Shown: in pieces, positions 43,596 through 52,283 of the stretch
How positions within the stretch are numbered: the stretch's first letter is position 1
How the letters are laid out: each line of letters begins with the position of its first letter
Source: Thermofilaceae archaeon
Lineage (GTDB): Archaea > Thermoproteota > Thermoprotei > Thermofilales > Thermofilaceae
Direction: 5' to 3'
Assembly: GCA_038727095.1 (NCBI GenBank)
Contig: JAVYWK010000002.1
Span: 32,001 to 96,000, forward strand
Length of the DNA: 64,000 bases
Translations under genes and position numbers: made by a program
Notes under the pieces: generated by a model
What the model was told of the DNA's origin: nothing
The model's input: the letters and a program-made list of their open reading frames with translations, nothing else
The model's database searches: none

Positions 43596-44708
43596 CTACA
43601 CCCCGGGGTTTCGTACTTCAACCCAAACCTCCAGAATCGCCTCAAGCACGTCTCCTCTTGGAGGTTTGAGAGCTCTCGCTTTTATCTCGCTAAGAACACC
43701 GTTGTTTTCATTAAATATTGACTCGTTGAGGTGCACCAAGGGGTTCACCGGGCGAAAACCGAAACGCTGAGCAAGCTCCTGCACTTCAGGCTGAAGCAGG
43801 AAAAGAAGGAGTTCGCGGGCTGCGAGCTTCTTCCATGAGTCCACCCACTCAGCTTCCATCATAACGAGCGGATGATCGCTGTAGAGAACCCCAATCCTTG
43901 GATAGACTGCTACTAAGCTCGTTCCCCATTTAGCGCGCGCTTTAGCAGCGGTGCTTATCACCACGTTCTCGTATACGGCGAAGAAGGAGATGGCTTGAGG
44001 CCCGTTCTCGACTGCCCACTCGCCGAAGAACCCCGTAGATTTACCGTAGAACACCGCCTTCGACTCTATCGTCTTAACGATTTCAAGCGTTTTAGGGTTT
44101 CTGATATCGTCGATTGTCAGCTGATCGGGGGTTTTATTCGCAGCCTCGCAGAATTGCAAGAGCAGCGCCATAAGGCCGCTGTTTGAAAGCATGGGGTCTG
44201 TATGACCGTACTTGAAGTCAACTCCCGCCTCAGCGAGCATGTAGAGGTCGGCAAACCCCTTGACGCTGTACCGAGCGACAAGATCGCCCCACCCTGCTAA
44301 GGCGAGGGGGCTTAGCACTATCGGGTACCACTCGCCTACGATATCGTTACCATGCATTTTCTTCCACTTTTCTTCAAGGTATGGTACCCATATGCTCGAA
44401 GCAGGGCTCCAGACATCTGGTTTTACACTACCGCTCAGTATTAGGTTGACGGTCTCATGCGAGCCTGTCACGTACAGCTTCAACTCCAGCTCTATGCCGT
44501 ACTTTTCCCGGAAATGTTTCTCGAAAAGCGGCTTAATAGCGTTAATCCAAGCCTCCTTCTCGCTCGTGAAAAGGAAGACCAGTTCGATCTTCTCAGGCGC
44601 TCCTGACGTGGAGGGAGCTACTCTGTAGCCGTAAACTCTAGACATTAGGACGCCGCAGAGTAAGCCCATCAGAACCCCTGTCAGGAGTAGCAAGTAGCCC
44701 CTCTTCAC
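43596..44708 (-). CDS. ABC transporter substrate-binding protein, N-terminally membrane anchored
   Basis: N-terminal TM; TSEKEAW, PDVWSPASSIW, YGHTDPMLSNSG, VYENVVI, DHP, GFRP; GTGA overlap with the upstream stop. Confidence 0.85.
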   Translation of the reverse strand: MKRGYLLLLTGVLMGLLCGVLMSRVYGYRVAPSTSGAPEKIELVFLFTSEKEAWINAIKPLFEKHFREKYGIELELKLYVTGSHETVNLILSGSVKPDVWSPASSIWVPYLEEKWKKMHGNDIVGEWYPIVLSPLALAGWGDLVARYSVKGFADLYMLAEAGVDFKYGHTDPMLSNSGLMALLLQFCEAANKTPDQLTIDDIRNPKTLEIVKTIESKAVFYGKSTGFFGEWAVENGPQAISFFAVYENVVISTAAKARAKWGTSLVAVYPRIGVLYSDHPLVMMEAEWVDSWKKLAARELLLFLLQPEVQELAQRFGFRPVNPLVHLNESIFNENNGVLSEIKARALKPPRGDVLEAILEVWVEVRNPGV

Positions 44709-45379
44709 CACGTTAATCTCACCACAACCTCTCGAACTATATCGCAAGCGTCTTCGCAAGCATCAGCTACATGCTCGAGCGCATCTAAAGCGCTGAATAG
44801 CATCACTACGATGGGAGCCGACAGGTTTGATGCCGCATTTATAAGGAGAGTTCGGCATTCAGCGTAAACAGCATCGATGTCCTCCTCCAATTTCTCTACT
44901 GTATCAGCAGCGTTTAACGCAGCCAAAGGTTCCTCCTTTAGGTATTTGACAGCGCCATACGTAGCTTCAACTATAGCTCCCAGCTTGGAAGACATTGCCA
45001 CATACACGTCACGCACTTGGCTCGGAACCTCGTATGAGCTCAGAATTGTTATCACGCGGGCAGCTTCTAGCGACCAATCAGCAATCCTGTCGACACGGCC
45101 CATCAACCTCAACAAGAATGTTCTTTCAACAGCGTCGCCTGCACTTCCGCCAGCCAGCAACCTGGCAGTTGAGTTTCTCAAATTGTCAGCTGCTTTTTCG
45201 AAGGCTTTCACGGTGTTGTAACGGGCAGTAAGATCGATCGTACCGGATCTCCAAGAAACGATTAGCTCTTGAAGGGCCTTGACGCAGTTCATAACTTCCC
45301 GCACATGGGCCTCTAAAGACTGGAGAACCTTCTCCCGCCTCTTATCGCTAAACCAGGCTAAGATATGCTCACTACTCAT
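44705..45379 (-). CDS. DUF47/PhoU-like phosphate-transport regulator
   Basis: Two helical repeats with EKAAD...DRIAD and EEDID...EHVADACED acidic motifs. Confidence 0.85.
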   Translation of the reverse strand: MSSEHILAWFSDKRREKVLQSLEAHVREVMNCVKALQELIVSWRSGTIDLTARYNTVKAFEKAADNLRNSTARLLAGGSAGDAVERTFLLRLMGRVDRIADWSLEAARVITILSSYEVPSQVRDVYVAMSSKLGAIVEATYGAVKYLKEEPLAALNAADTVEKLEEDIDAVYAECRTLLINAASNLSAPIVVMLFSALDALEHVADACEDACDIVREVVVRLTW

Positions 45380-46442
45380 ACCTTACCGCCTCCTCAAGCC
45401 CCTCCTTCGGGTACGGAAAGACCAGAGCATCTTCCGGGTTAAAAGTCAGTCGTACGCTGGCTCCCACTTCGATTTTCTCACGTGATCTCACGACCAACGA
45501 AACCCCTCCATTTAATCGAATCACGTATTTGTAGGTTTTACCCAGAAACTCGCGCGTATCAACGACTCCTTCGATCTGCCCATCGTTTGCGAACCTCAAC
45601 CTTTCGGGTCTGATAGTTAGTACTGCGAGCCCGCTCGTCACTGAACCCCAACCCTTCAGGACTACTGATCCGATATCAAGCACGGTAAAATCCCCATTCG
45701 CTCCCACTACTTTACCTACTAAGAAGTTATTCTCTCCGCCGATGAACCTAGCCACAAAAAGCGATTTAGGCCTGAGGTACAGCTCGAGAGGACTACCGAT
45801 CTGCTCAATCCTCCCTTTCCTCATTACAGCAATTTTATCAGCAACAGCCATCGCCTCCTCCTGATTATGCGTAACATGAATCACAGTCAAACCCAAACTC
45901 TTCACAACCCTACGAACCTCGTATCGAAGTCTCTCAGCTGTTCGGGGGTCCATTGAGCCGAACGGCTCATCCAGTAGCAACAGCCTAGCACCGGAGGCTA
46001 AAGCCCTGGCCAGAGACACCTTCTGCTGATCTCCCAAACTCAGCTCGCTGGGTAGGCTAGCTGCTCTCAATTCGATGTTCATCGAGGATAGTATTTCACG
46101 TACGGTATCCTCCGCGCTCTTCACCCCCTTAACTACGGCTGGGTACAGTACATTGCTCTTGACAATCATGTGGGGGAAAAGGTATATTTCTTGAAATATC
46201 AACCCTATTTCCCTCTTTTCTGGAGGAAGATCATTCACTAATTTTCCAAAAATGTACACGTCTCCGCTGTCAGGGCGCTCGAGGCCTGCAATGCACTTGA
46301 GCAGCGTACTCTTTCCCGAGCCGCTCGGCCCAATTATGGCGAAGTACTCTCCCTCTCTCACCTCGAAGGAGACTTTATTTAGAGCTAGGATTTTATCAAA
46401 GCGCTTTGATAAGTTTAAAACGCGGAGAGCCACACTACTCAT
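45372..46442 (-). CDS. ABC importer ATP-binding protein 2 (PotA/CysA-like, TOBE tail)
   Basis: GPSGSGKS, IFQ Q-loop, degenerate signature LSLGDQQ, LLLLDEP, HVTH. Confidence 0.93.
   Translation of the reverse strand: MSSVALRVLNLSKRFDKILALNKVSFEVREGEYFAIIGPSGSGKSTLLKCIAGLERPDSGDVYIFGKLVNDLPPEKREIGLIFQEIYLFPHMIVKSNVLYPAVVKGVKSAEDTVREILSSMNIELRAASLPSELSLGDQQKVSLARALASGARLLLLDEPFGSMDPRTAERLRYEVRRVVKSLGLTVIHVTHNQEEAMAVADKIAVMRKGRIEQIGSPLELYLRPKSLFVARFIGGENNFLVGKVVGANGDFTVLDIGSVVLKGWGSVTSGLAVLTIRPERLRFANDGQIEGVVDTREFLGKTYKYVIRLNGGVSLVVRSREKIEVGASVRLTFNPEDALVFPYPKEGLEEAVRYE
45796..45920. repeat. 125-bp near-exact direct repeat shared by the two ATPase genes (second copy 46857-46981)
   Basis: One mismatch (45904/46965); a second 44-bp exact tract 45964-46007 = 47025-47068 at the same offset of 1061. 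Confidence 0.92.
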
Positions 46443-47509
46443 AGCTCCACCTCCTCCTCGAGCCCCTTGAATTCAAACGCGAGCAGGGGTTCTGGTAAGT
46501 CGAAGTTTATGTCCATACCGGCTATCAAGCTTAACCTCGGCTCGACGTCGACCTCCAGCTGCAAGTTTCCTATTTGAAGCCAAACCCTCGCTACACCACT
46601 AACCAGGGATACGTCGACTATCCTCCCACGAAACCTTCCCTCACCCAATTCCACGCTTTCTGGTCTAACTGCGACCAAGACCGTGGACCCTCGTCTTAAG
46701 CCTCGATGCTCGACTTTAACCACACCCAATCCTTCGACTTTCGCTAAGCCCACGACGCCGTACGTCTCGATTAACTGCCCTCGCAGTAGGTTAGCCCCTG
46801 CCACGAATTTCGCACAAAAGGGAGACGAAGGGTGGAAGTATACATCCTCCGGCTCGCCGATCTGCTCAATCCTCCCTTTCCTCATTACAGCAATTTTATC
46901 AGCAACAGCCATCGCCTCCTCCTGATTATGCGTAACATGAATCACAGTCAAACCCAAACTCTTCGCAACCCTACGAACCTCCCTCCGAACCTCGAGCGTC
47001 AAGACTGCATCAAGAGCCGTTAATGGCTCATCCAGTAGCAACAGCCTAGCACCGGAGGCTAAAGCCCTAGCTAAAGCTACTCGTTGACGCTGCCCACCTG
47101 ACAACTGGTGCGGGTAACTATCAGCTCGGTGTAGTAAGCCGACGAGTTTCAACGCTTCTTCGACGCGCCTTTCGATCTCGTGCTTGGGGTACCCCTTGAT
47201 CCACAGGCCATAGGCAACATTCTCCCATACCGTCATATGGGGGAAGAGCGCGTAGCCGGGAGGCATATAGCCTGCAAGCCTCTTGTCGGGTGGCAATCCG
47301 ACCACGCTTACACCGTCAAAAAGGATGTCCCCACTATCCGGCTGCTCAAGGCCTGCGATGCACTTGAGCAGCGTGCTTCTGCCTGAACCGATGGGACCGA
47401 GGACGACGAAGTACTCCCCCTCCTCAATCTCAAAAGTGATGCCATCAAGTGCCCTGATTGGGCCGTAAGACTTCGTGAGGTTTTTCACTGCGATGCTAGC
47501 TTCTCTCAT
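46439..47509 (-). CDS. ABC importer ATP-binding protein 1 (PotA/CysA-like, TOBE tail)
   Basis: Degenerate Walker A GPIGSGRS, Q-loop MPPGY, canonical LSGGQ, LLLLDEP, HVTH. Confidence 0.93.
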   Translation of the reverse strand: MREASIAVKNLTKSYGPIRALDGITFEIEEGEYFVVLGPIGSGRSTLLKCIAGLEQPDSGDILFDGVSVVGLPPDKRLAGYMPPGYALFPHMTVWENVAYGLWIKGYPKHEIERRVEEALKLVGLLHRADSYPHQLSGGQRQRVALARALASGARLLLLDEPLTALDAVLTLEVRREVRRVAKSLGLTVIHVTHNQEEAMAVADKIAVMRKGRIEQIGEPEDVYFHPSSPFCAKFVAGANLLRGQLIETYGVVGLAKVEGLGVVKVEHRGLRRGSTVLVAVRPESVELGEGRFRGRIVDVSLVSGVARVWLQIGNLQLEVDVEPRLSLIAGMDINFDLPEPLLAFEFKGLEEEVEL

Positions 47510-47624
47510 TCTGATGAAGGCCCTTTAATGAACACTTTTTTTGATGATGTACTTTGCAAATTCAACGGTATAAGGTGGTATATAGAGTTACATAGATTAA
47601 ATTGGCACTCCTTCACGTAACAGT

Positions 47625-47680
47625 CGGGTCAGAGTCAATCCTTTCTTCATAAATCGGCCGGCAGATCACTCATCATCGAT
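47625..47680 (-). ncRNA. Box C/D methylation-guide sRNA
   Basis: ATGATGA-GTGATCTGCCGG-CCGA-TTT-ATGAAGA-AAGGATTGACT-CTGA; TTTAA TATA-like element about 25 nt upstream. Confidence 0.85.
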
Positions 47681-47723
47681 CAACCTGTGGCTAGCGCCCC
47701 TTAAAGTTCTTCTGTCTCTATTG

Positions 47724-47822
47724 TGGAGCCCCGGCCGGGATTCGAACCCGGGTCCTCCGGCTCTCTCGTCGATTCAAGCGGATTACAAGGCCGGCGCTCT
47801 GGCCCGGCTGAGCTACCGGGGC
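47724..47822 (-). tRNA. tRNA-Thr(TGT) with a 21-nt intron (47763-47783) at position 37/38; CCA encoded
   Basis: GCCCCGG acceptor stem, CCGGC/GCCGG anticodon stem, T-loop GGTTCGAATCC; CTTG pairs with intron CGAG. Confidence 0.93.
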
Positions 47823-47906
47823 TCCAAGCTCTCTTTCTTGACGCTTATATAAGCGTTCTTGGGTCGACCATCAGGTTTTAAAAGGGCCTCTCCTGCAGCG
47901 TGGCTT

Positions 47907-48359
47907 GTGCCTAGGTGGAGCTTCTCTGTACAGCTGGATCCAGCTCGGACGGCGATAGCTGCCGGGCGCGACCTCAGGATATCCTATAAGGACGCAGTCG
48001 AAGTTCTCGACGCTATAAGAGGCTTGAGCTTGGAGAGGGCTAAACGCTTCTTAGAGGACGTAATTAGCATGCGTAGGCCTGTGCCCTACAGGAGGTTCAA
48101 GAAAAAGGTGGGCCATAAAACCGGCATGGCGGCTGGCAGATATCCGGTGAAAGCCGCTCGAGCGATTTTACGAGTCCTTAAGGATGCTGAAGCAAATGCC
48201 GCTTACAAGGGCTTGGATACTGAGAAGCTATGGGTTGTACACGCCGCCGCTCACAAGGGCACGAAGATTCGGGCGTACATGCCTAGAGCATATGGTAGAG
48301 CAACGCCGTGGTTCGAGCAGCTGGTCCACGTAGAGATCGGTCTCGAGGAGCGATCCTAA
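47907..48359 (+). CDS. rpl22: 50S ribosomal protein L22
   Basis: DLRISYK, GRYPVKAA, MPRAYGRATP; likely GTG start at 47907. Confidence 0.96.
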   Translation: MPRWSFSVQLDPARTAIAAGRDLRISYKDAVEVLDAIRGLSLERAKRFLEDVISMRRPVPYRRFKKKVGHKTGMAAGRYPVKAARAILRVLKDAEANAAYKGLDTEKLWVVHAAAHKGTKIRAYMPRAYGRATPWFEQLVHVEIGLEERS

Positions 48360-48417
48360 AAACGCTTAAAAAGGCGTTATGACATTGCGCGCAGGCTGAG
48401 GAAAACACGGTGGTTGC

Positions 48418-49008
48418 ATGCCCACGCTCATACAGACGTTCCTGGAGAGAGGGATGCAGTACATGGAGCTGAACGCTTACCTAGCGAGGAAACTAGCGCA
48501 TGCGGGCTACGTGGATGTCCAGCTATTCCGCACGCCTATCGGAACCAGAGTGGTGATCCTCGCGGAGAGGCCTGCAATGGTAATTGGTCGCCGTGGATCG
48601 AACATTAAAGAGCTACAGGAAGTGCTGGAGAGCAAGTTCGGCGTGGACAGGCCTCAGATAGATGTTGTTGAAGTCGCTAACCCGGACCTCAACGCTAAAA
48701 TTGTCGCTTACGGTATTGCACGAGCCATGGTTAGAGGAGTTAGATTCAGGAGAGCAGCATTCGTAGCAATCAGGAGGGTTATGGAGGCAGGCGCAAGAGG
48801 AATAGAGGTTGTGATTAGCGGCAAGCTCTCATCGGAGCGATCTAGGTTCGAGAAGTACACGGCAGGTGTTACCTACAAGTCGGGGAAGCCCAGTGAATAT
48901 GTCGACGAAGCTGTCGTTCAAGTGCTGTTGAAGCCGGGTATTTATGGAGTTAAGGTTAGGATAATGCCGCCTATTGAAATACCTGGCCTTATCAAGGCAT
49001 CATCGTAG
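48418..49008 (+). CDS. rps3: 30S ribosomal protein S3
   Basis: KH domain VIGRRGSNIKEL, GARGIEVVISGKL, GIYGVKVRIM. Confidence 0.96.
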   Translation: MPTLIQTFLERGMQYMELNAYLARKLAHAGYVDVQLFRTPIGTRVVILAERPAMVIGRRGSNIKELQEVLESKFGVDRPQIDVVEVANPDLNAKIVAYGIARAMVRGVRFRRAAFVAIRRVMEAGARGIEVVISGKLSSERSRFEKYTAGVTYKSGKPSEYVDEAVVQVLLKPGIYGVKVRIMPPIEIPGLIKASS

Positions 49009-49018
49009 GTGCATTGAT

Positions 49019-49231
49019 ATGCCCGTGCTCAAAGCGAATGAAATCAGGAAGATGAGTAGAGAAGAGAGGCTGAAGCGGTTGGAGGAGTTAAGAGCTGAGC
49101 TAATTAGGTTGCGAACGCAAAGTGCTCGGGGCACCCTCGATAACCCCGCAAGGATACGGGAGATACGAAAAGCCATCGCTAGAATACTCACGATAGAGAA
49201 TGAAGAGGCGCGCAAGAAAGGTTCTCGGTAA
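49019..49231 (+). CDS. rpl29: 50S ribosomal protein L29
   Basis: LKANEIRKMS, NPARIREIRKAIARILT. Confidence 0.96.
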   Translation: MPVLKANEIRKMSREERLKRLEELRAELIRLRTQSARGTLDNPARIREIRKAIARILTIENEEARKKGSR

Positions 49232-49235
49232 AGGG

Positions 49236-49517
49236 GTGGACATCTCCCCATCGAATGTATTGCTGCATGAACTAATAGGTTTGGAGGCGAAAGTTGTTGA
49301 GAGCAAGAATAGGTGCCAGGTGAGAATCGAGGGTAGGATAATTGATGAAACTATGAAAACCATCCTCCTCGAAACACCGAAGGGTCGGAAGAGGGTTTTC
49401 AAAAGTGATGTAAAGCTTCTCTTAAAGCTACCAGATGGCTCTCTCGTACTAATCAAAGGTAAAGAGCTGCTGGGTAGGCCCGAGGACCGGATAAAGAAGA
49501 AACTACGCACCTGGTGA
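49236..49517 (+). CDS. rnp1: Ribonuclease P protein component 1 (Rpp29)
   Basis: HELIGLEAKV, GRIIDET, LLGRPEDRIK. Confidence 0.94.
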   Translation: MDISPSNVLLHELIGLEAKVVESKNRCQVRIEGRIIDETMKTILLETPKGRKRVFKSDVKLLLKLPDGSLVLIKGKELLGRPEDRIKKKLRTW

Positions 49518-49569
49518 TCAAGACCGGCGTGCTGTTTATAAGCCGGTACTATGTGGCCGCAGGAATCGT

Positions 49570-49956
49570 ATGAGTGGTACAAGGTTCCGAAACGTCGGTA
49601 TTCCGGGGTTAAAACCACCTGAGAAGGTATGCGATGATCCTCTCTGCCCGTGGCACGGGACGCTGCCCGTGAGGGGGGTGATAATGGAGGTCACGGTAGA
49701 CAAGGTAAAGATGAATAGGACGGCCGTCGTTACCCATGAGTACCTCCACTACGTGCCGAAGTACATGAGGTATGAGAGACGGCGAAAGAAGAAGCATGTA
49801 AGGGTTCCTCCCTGCATCGAAGTTAAGCCGGGCGATAGGGTACTCATTGGAGAGTGCAGACCCTTGGCGAAGTCGGTAGCCTTCGTTGTCTTGGCGAAGA
49901 TCGGGAGCCAGAGTGCTTCGCATACATTCTCGAGAGAAGCGACTTCAAACTTATAA
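49570..49956 (+). CDS. rps17: 30S ribosomal protein S17
   Basis: CDDPLCPWHG, PKYMRYERR, IGECRPLAKS. Confidence 0.96.
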   Translation: MSGTRFRNVGIPGLKPPEKVCDDPLCPWHGTLPVRGVIMEVTVDKVKMNRTAVVTHEYLHYVPKYMRYERRRKKKHVRVPPCIEVKPGDRVLIGECRPLAKSVAFVVLAKIGSQSASHTFSREATSNL

Positions 49957-49979
49957 GGGTCGAGCTACGGTGATCACTC

Positions 49980-50405
49980 GTGGCGAAGCGAGGGCCTAAA
50001 GCCACTGGTGTATCGTTCAGGTTCCATAAAACACCTGGTGTATTCGTAGAAAGTCTAGTCAGAGTGACGGATAACTCGGGAGCCAGGTTAGCCCGAGTGA
50101 TCGGTGTCCGAGGTACGAAGACTATCTGGAGGAGAATACCGGGAGCGGCCGTAGGAGATGTAGTTGTAGTCTCGATCCGCGAGGGAAAGCCGGAGCTGAG
50201 GAAGCAGATCCTGCACGGCATTGTAGTGAGGCAGCGCAGACCATTCAGGCGGCCCGATGGAACGTGGATTGCCTTTGAGGACAACGCTATCGTGCTGATA
50301 ACTCCGGAGGGGGATCCAAAGGGGAGCGAAATCCATGGGCCGGTGGCCAAAGAAGCTGTAGAGAGGCACCCACGACTCGCAACTATGGTTACGATAGTAG
50401 TTTGA
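49980..50405 (+). CDS. rpl14: 50S ribosomal protein L14
   Basis: [28 protein letters not shown]. Confidence 0.97.
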   Translation: MAKRGPKATGVSFRFHKTPGVFVESLVRVTDNSGARLARVIGVRGTKTIWRRIPGAAVGDVVVVSIREGKPELRKQILHGIVVRQRRPFRRPDGTWIAFEDNAIVLITPEGDPKGSEIHGPVAKEAVERHPRLATMVTIVV

Positions 50406-50425
50406 GGGTGTCCACTCGACCCGGT

Positions 50426-51091
50426 CTACCTTAAGGCAACTTTCACTACGTACAGCTCGTCCGCGAATGCTTCGAACTCGTCTAGGAAGGCTGGGAGTTT
50501 ACGTAGCGGGATTATGGGGACCCCTTCGAATACCTTCATGACAGTTTCATGCACATCTACTATAGCTGGACCCACTTTAGCCTCTCTCCAGCTTGCCACC
50601 CTCGCTGCTACTTCAACTACTTTAGGCAGTTCGCGTGCGAGCAGCTCGCAGCGAGCCTTGTGCGCGCGAGCAGCCAATCTTAGGTGGCTTTCACGCCGGC
50701 GAGCCCAACGCTTACAATCCACAGCCAGCACCCATGGTTCGCGCAGTGCTACAACGTCTAGTTCGCGCACTTTCTCAAGCACCTTTAACCGAACATTCAA
50801 AAACGTCTCGAAACCGTACTCTTCGAGGATCCTAGAACAGAGCTTCTCAAAATCTTTCCATCCCGTACTTAGTGCTAACTCAACGGGGTCAAACCTCCTC
50901 TTCCAAAGGTCTAGGAGTAAGCCGGCGGTGTCTACCACCAGTACCTCGTCTCCCTCCAGCAGAACTGGAAGCTCCGCTAGAAAGCTGTATAGCGTCTCCT
51001 TCGTAATTTTTAGCTCTGCCTGGAGCTCATCTAGCTTTAGACGCTGTTTACGCAGGAGCAGTAGAGTGAGAGCGTGAAAGCGCTCTTCCAC
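50426..51091 (-). CDS. Restriction-endonuclease-like PD-(D/E)xK protein (Mrr/NERD-like) with N-terminal HTH-like region
   Basis: WKDFEKLC...ELDVVA...AVDCKRW. Confidence 0.8.
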   Translation of the reverse strand: MEERFHALTLLLLRKQRLKLDELQAELKITKETLYSFLAELPVLLEGDEVLVVDTAGLLLDLWKRRFDPVELALSTGWKDFEKLCSRILEEYGFETFLNVRLKVLEKVRELDVVALREPWVLAVDCKRWARRRESHLRLAARAHKARCELLARELPKVVEVAARVASWREAKVGPAIVDVHETVMKVFEGVPIIPLRKLPAFLDEFEAFADELYVVKVALR

Positions 51092-51172
51092 AGTTAACCG
51101 CGTATGGTTCGCTACTTTTTAAGAGCACGCCTAGCGCAAAAAGCTTAAACCCCTGCTAGGGGAGCACGTGAG

Positions 51173-51267
51173 GGGCCCGTGGCGTAGCCTGGTGGCGCGC
51201 CCGGCTGATAACCTGGGAGTTCGGGATGGAAACCGGGAGGTCCCGGGTTCGAATCCCGGCGGGCCCA
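51173..51267 (+). tRNA. tRNA-Ile(GAT) with a 21-nt intron (51211-51231); CCA not encoded
   Basis: GGGCCCG acceptor stem, CCCGG/CCGGG anticodon stem, GGTTCGAATCC; TTAAA promoter at about 51145. Confidence 0.92.
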
Positions 51268-51386
51268 TCATACTGCTCTACTGTTTGAGCGCTAAATTTA
51301 GCCTACTTTACCTCATTTCTCCTTTAAGCCTGAAGCAACGCGAGTCAAGAAACCATTTATTTAAGAGCAAAACGTCTCGAGCGCTC

Positions 51387-52238
51387 ATGGGCAAGCTAGG
51401 CGCTATGCTGAGATTAGCGCGAATCGATCACGGAGTAATGGCGGCGATCGCAACGCTCGTGGGATACGCTCTTGGTGCGCAAGGTTGGTCGAACGTGCAG
51501 CTTCTTCCAGCTTTCATAGCAGTTGCAATAACTCTAGCCGTTGAGATAGGACTTTTCGTCTTTAATGATATCTACAATCTTGAGGAAGATAAAATCAACG
51601 CGCCGTGGAGGCCGTTGGTTCGTGGCGACATTGGCGTTAAAGAGGCCTGGATTATTGGCTTAGCATCGCTGACCCTGGGAACTGTTCTGTCGTTAATCTT
51701 GGGGGTTGTGCCCGCTCTACTTGTGATCGTAGCCGTGGCTTCAGGGATGGCTTACAACGTGAAACTAAAGAGAGCTGGATTGCCAGGAAACGTTATTGTG
51801 GCCTTCGATACTGCTCTACCGTTCCTCTTCGGAGCTTCCATCCCTAGCGGCTTCAGAATACCCCGGATAGCTATTCTCCTTACCTCGATTGCCTTCCTTG
51901 CTACTCTAGGTAGGGAAGTTCTGAAGGGTATAGTAGACATGGAGGGCGATCGCAGAGTCGGGGTTAGGACACTGGCTATAGTCAAAGGCCCAGCGTTCGC
52001 AGCAAGGGTAGCCAGCCTTCTAATGATGGCAGCCGTCGCAGCTAGCCTGCTAGCAATCCCTCTCCTCCCAGAGGGGAAACTCCCCCTTTATGCCTCCACG
52101 GTGGCCTTGACCAACGCCCTCTTCATCTACGCCTCTTTCTCGCTGCTCCTTCAAAAAAGCGCTGCAGCCGCACGCGGCAGAAAGTTGACACTCCTAGCCA
52201 TGCTCACCGGGATACTAGCATTCGCGACGACAGCGTGA
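51387..52238 (+). CDS. UbiA-family prenyltransferase, probable digeranylgeranylglyceryl phosphate synthase
   Basis: FNDIYNLEEDKINAPWRPL, REVLKGIVDMEGD; start ATG 51387 because the longer ORF overlaps the tRNA. Confidence 0.88.
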   Translation: MGKLGAMLRLARIDHGVMAAIATLVGYALGAQGWSNVQLLPAFIAVAITLAVEIGLFVFNDIYNLEEDKINAPWRPLVRGDIGVKEAWIIGLASLTLGTVLSLILGVVPALLVIVAVASGMAYNVKLKRAGLPGNVIVAFDTALPFLFGASIPSGFRIPRIAILLTSIAFLATLGREVLKGIVDMEGDRRVGVRTLAIVKGPAFAARVASLLMMAAVAASLLAIPLLPEGKLPLYASTVALTNALFIYASFSLLLQKSAAAARGRKLTLLAMLTGILAFATTA

Positions 52239-52283
52239 GGCTCATATGGCAACATTTATACCTGTCCGGAAGCGCGGCTTTCT

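Noticed and set aside
51168-51386. N-terminal extension of the UbiA ORF
   Set aside because: It overlaps tRNA-Ile; ATG 51387 has its own TATA box
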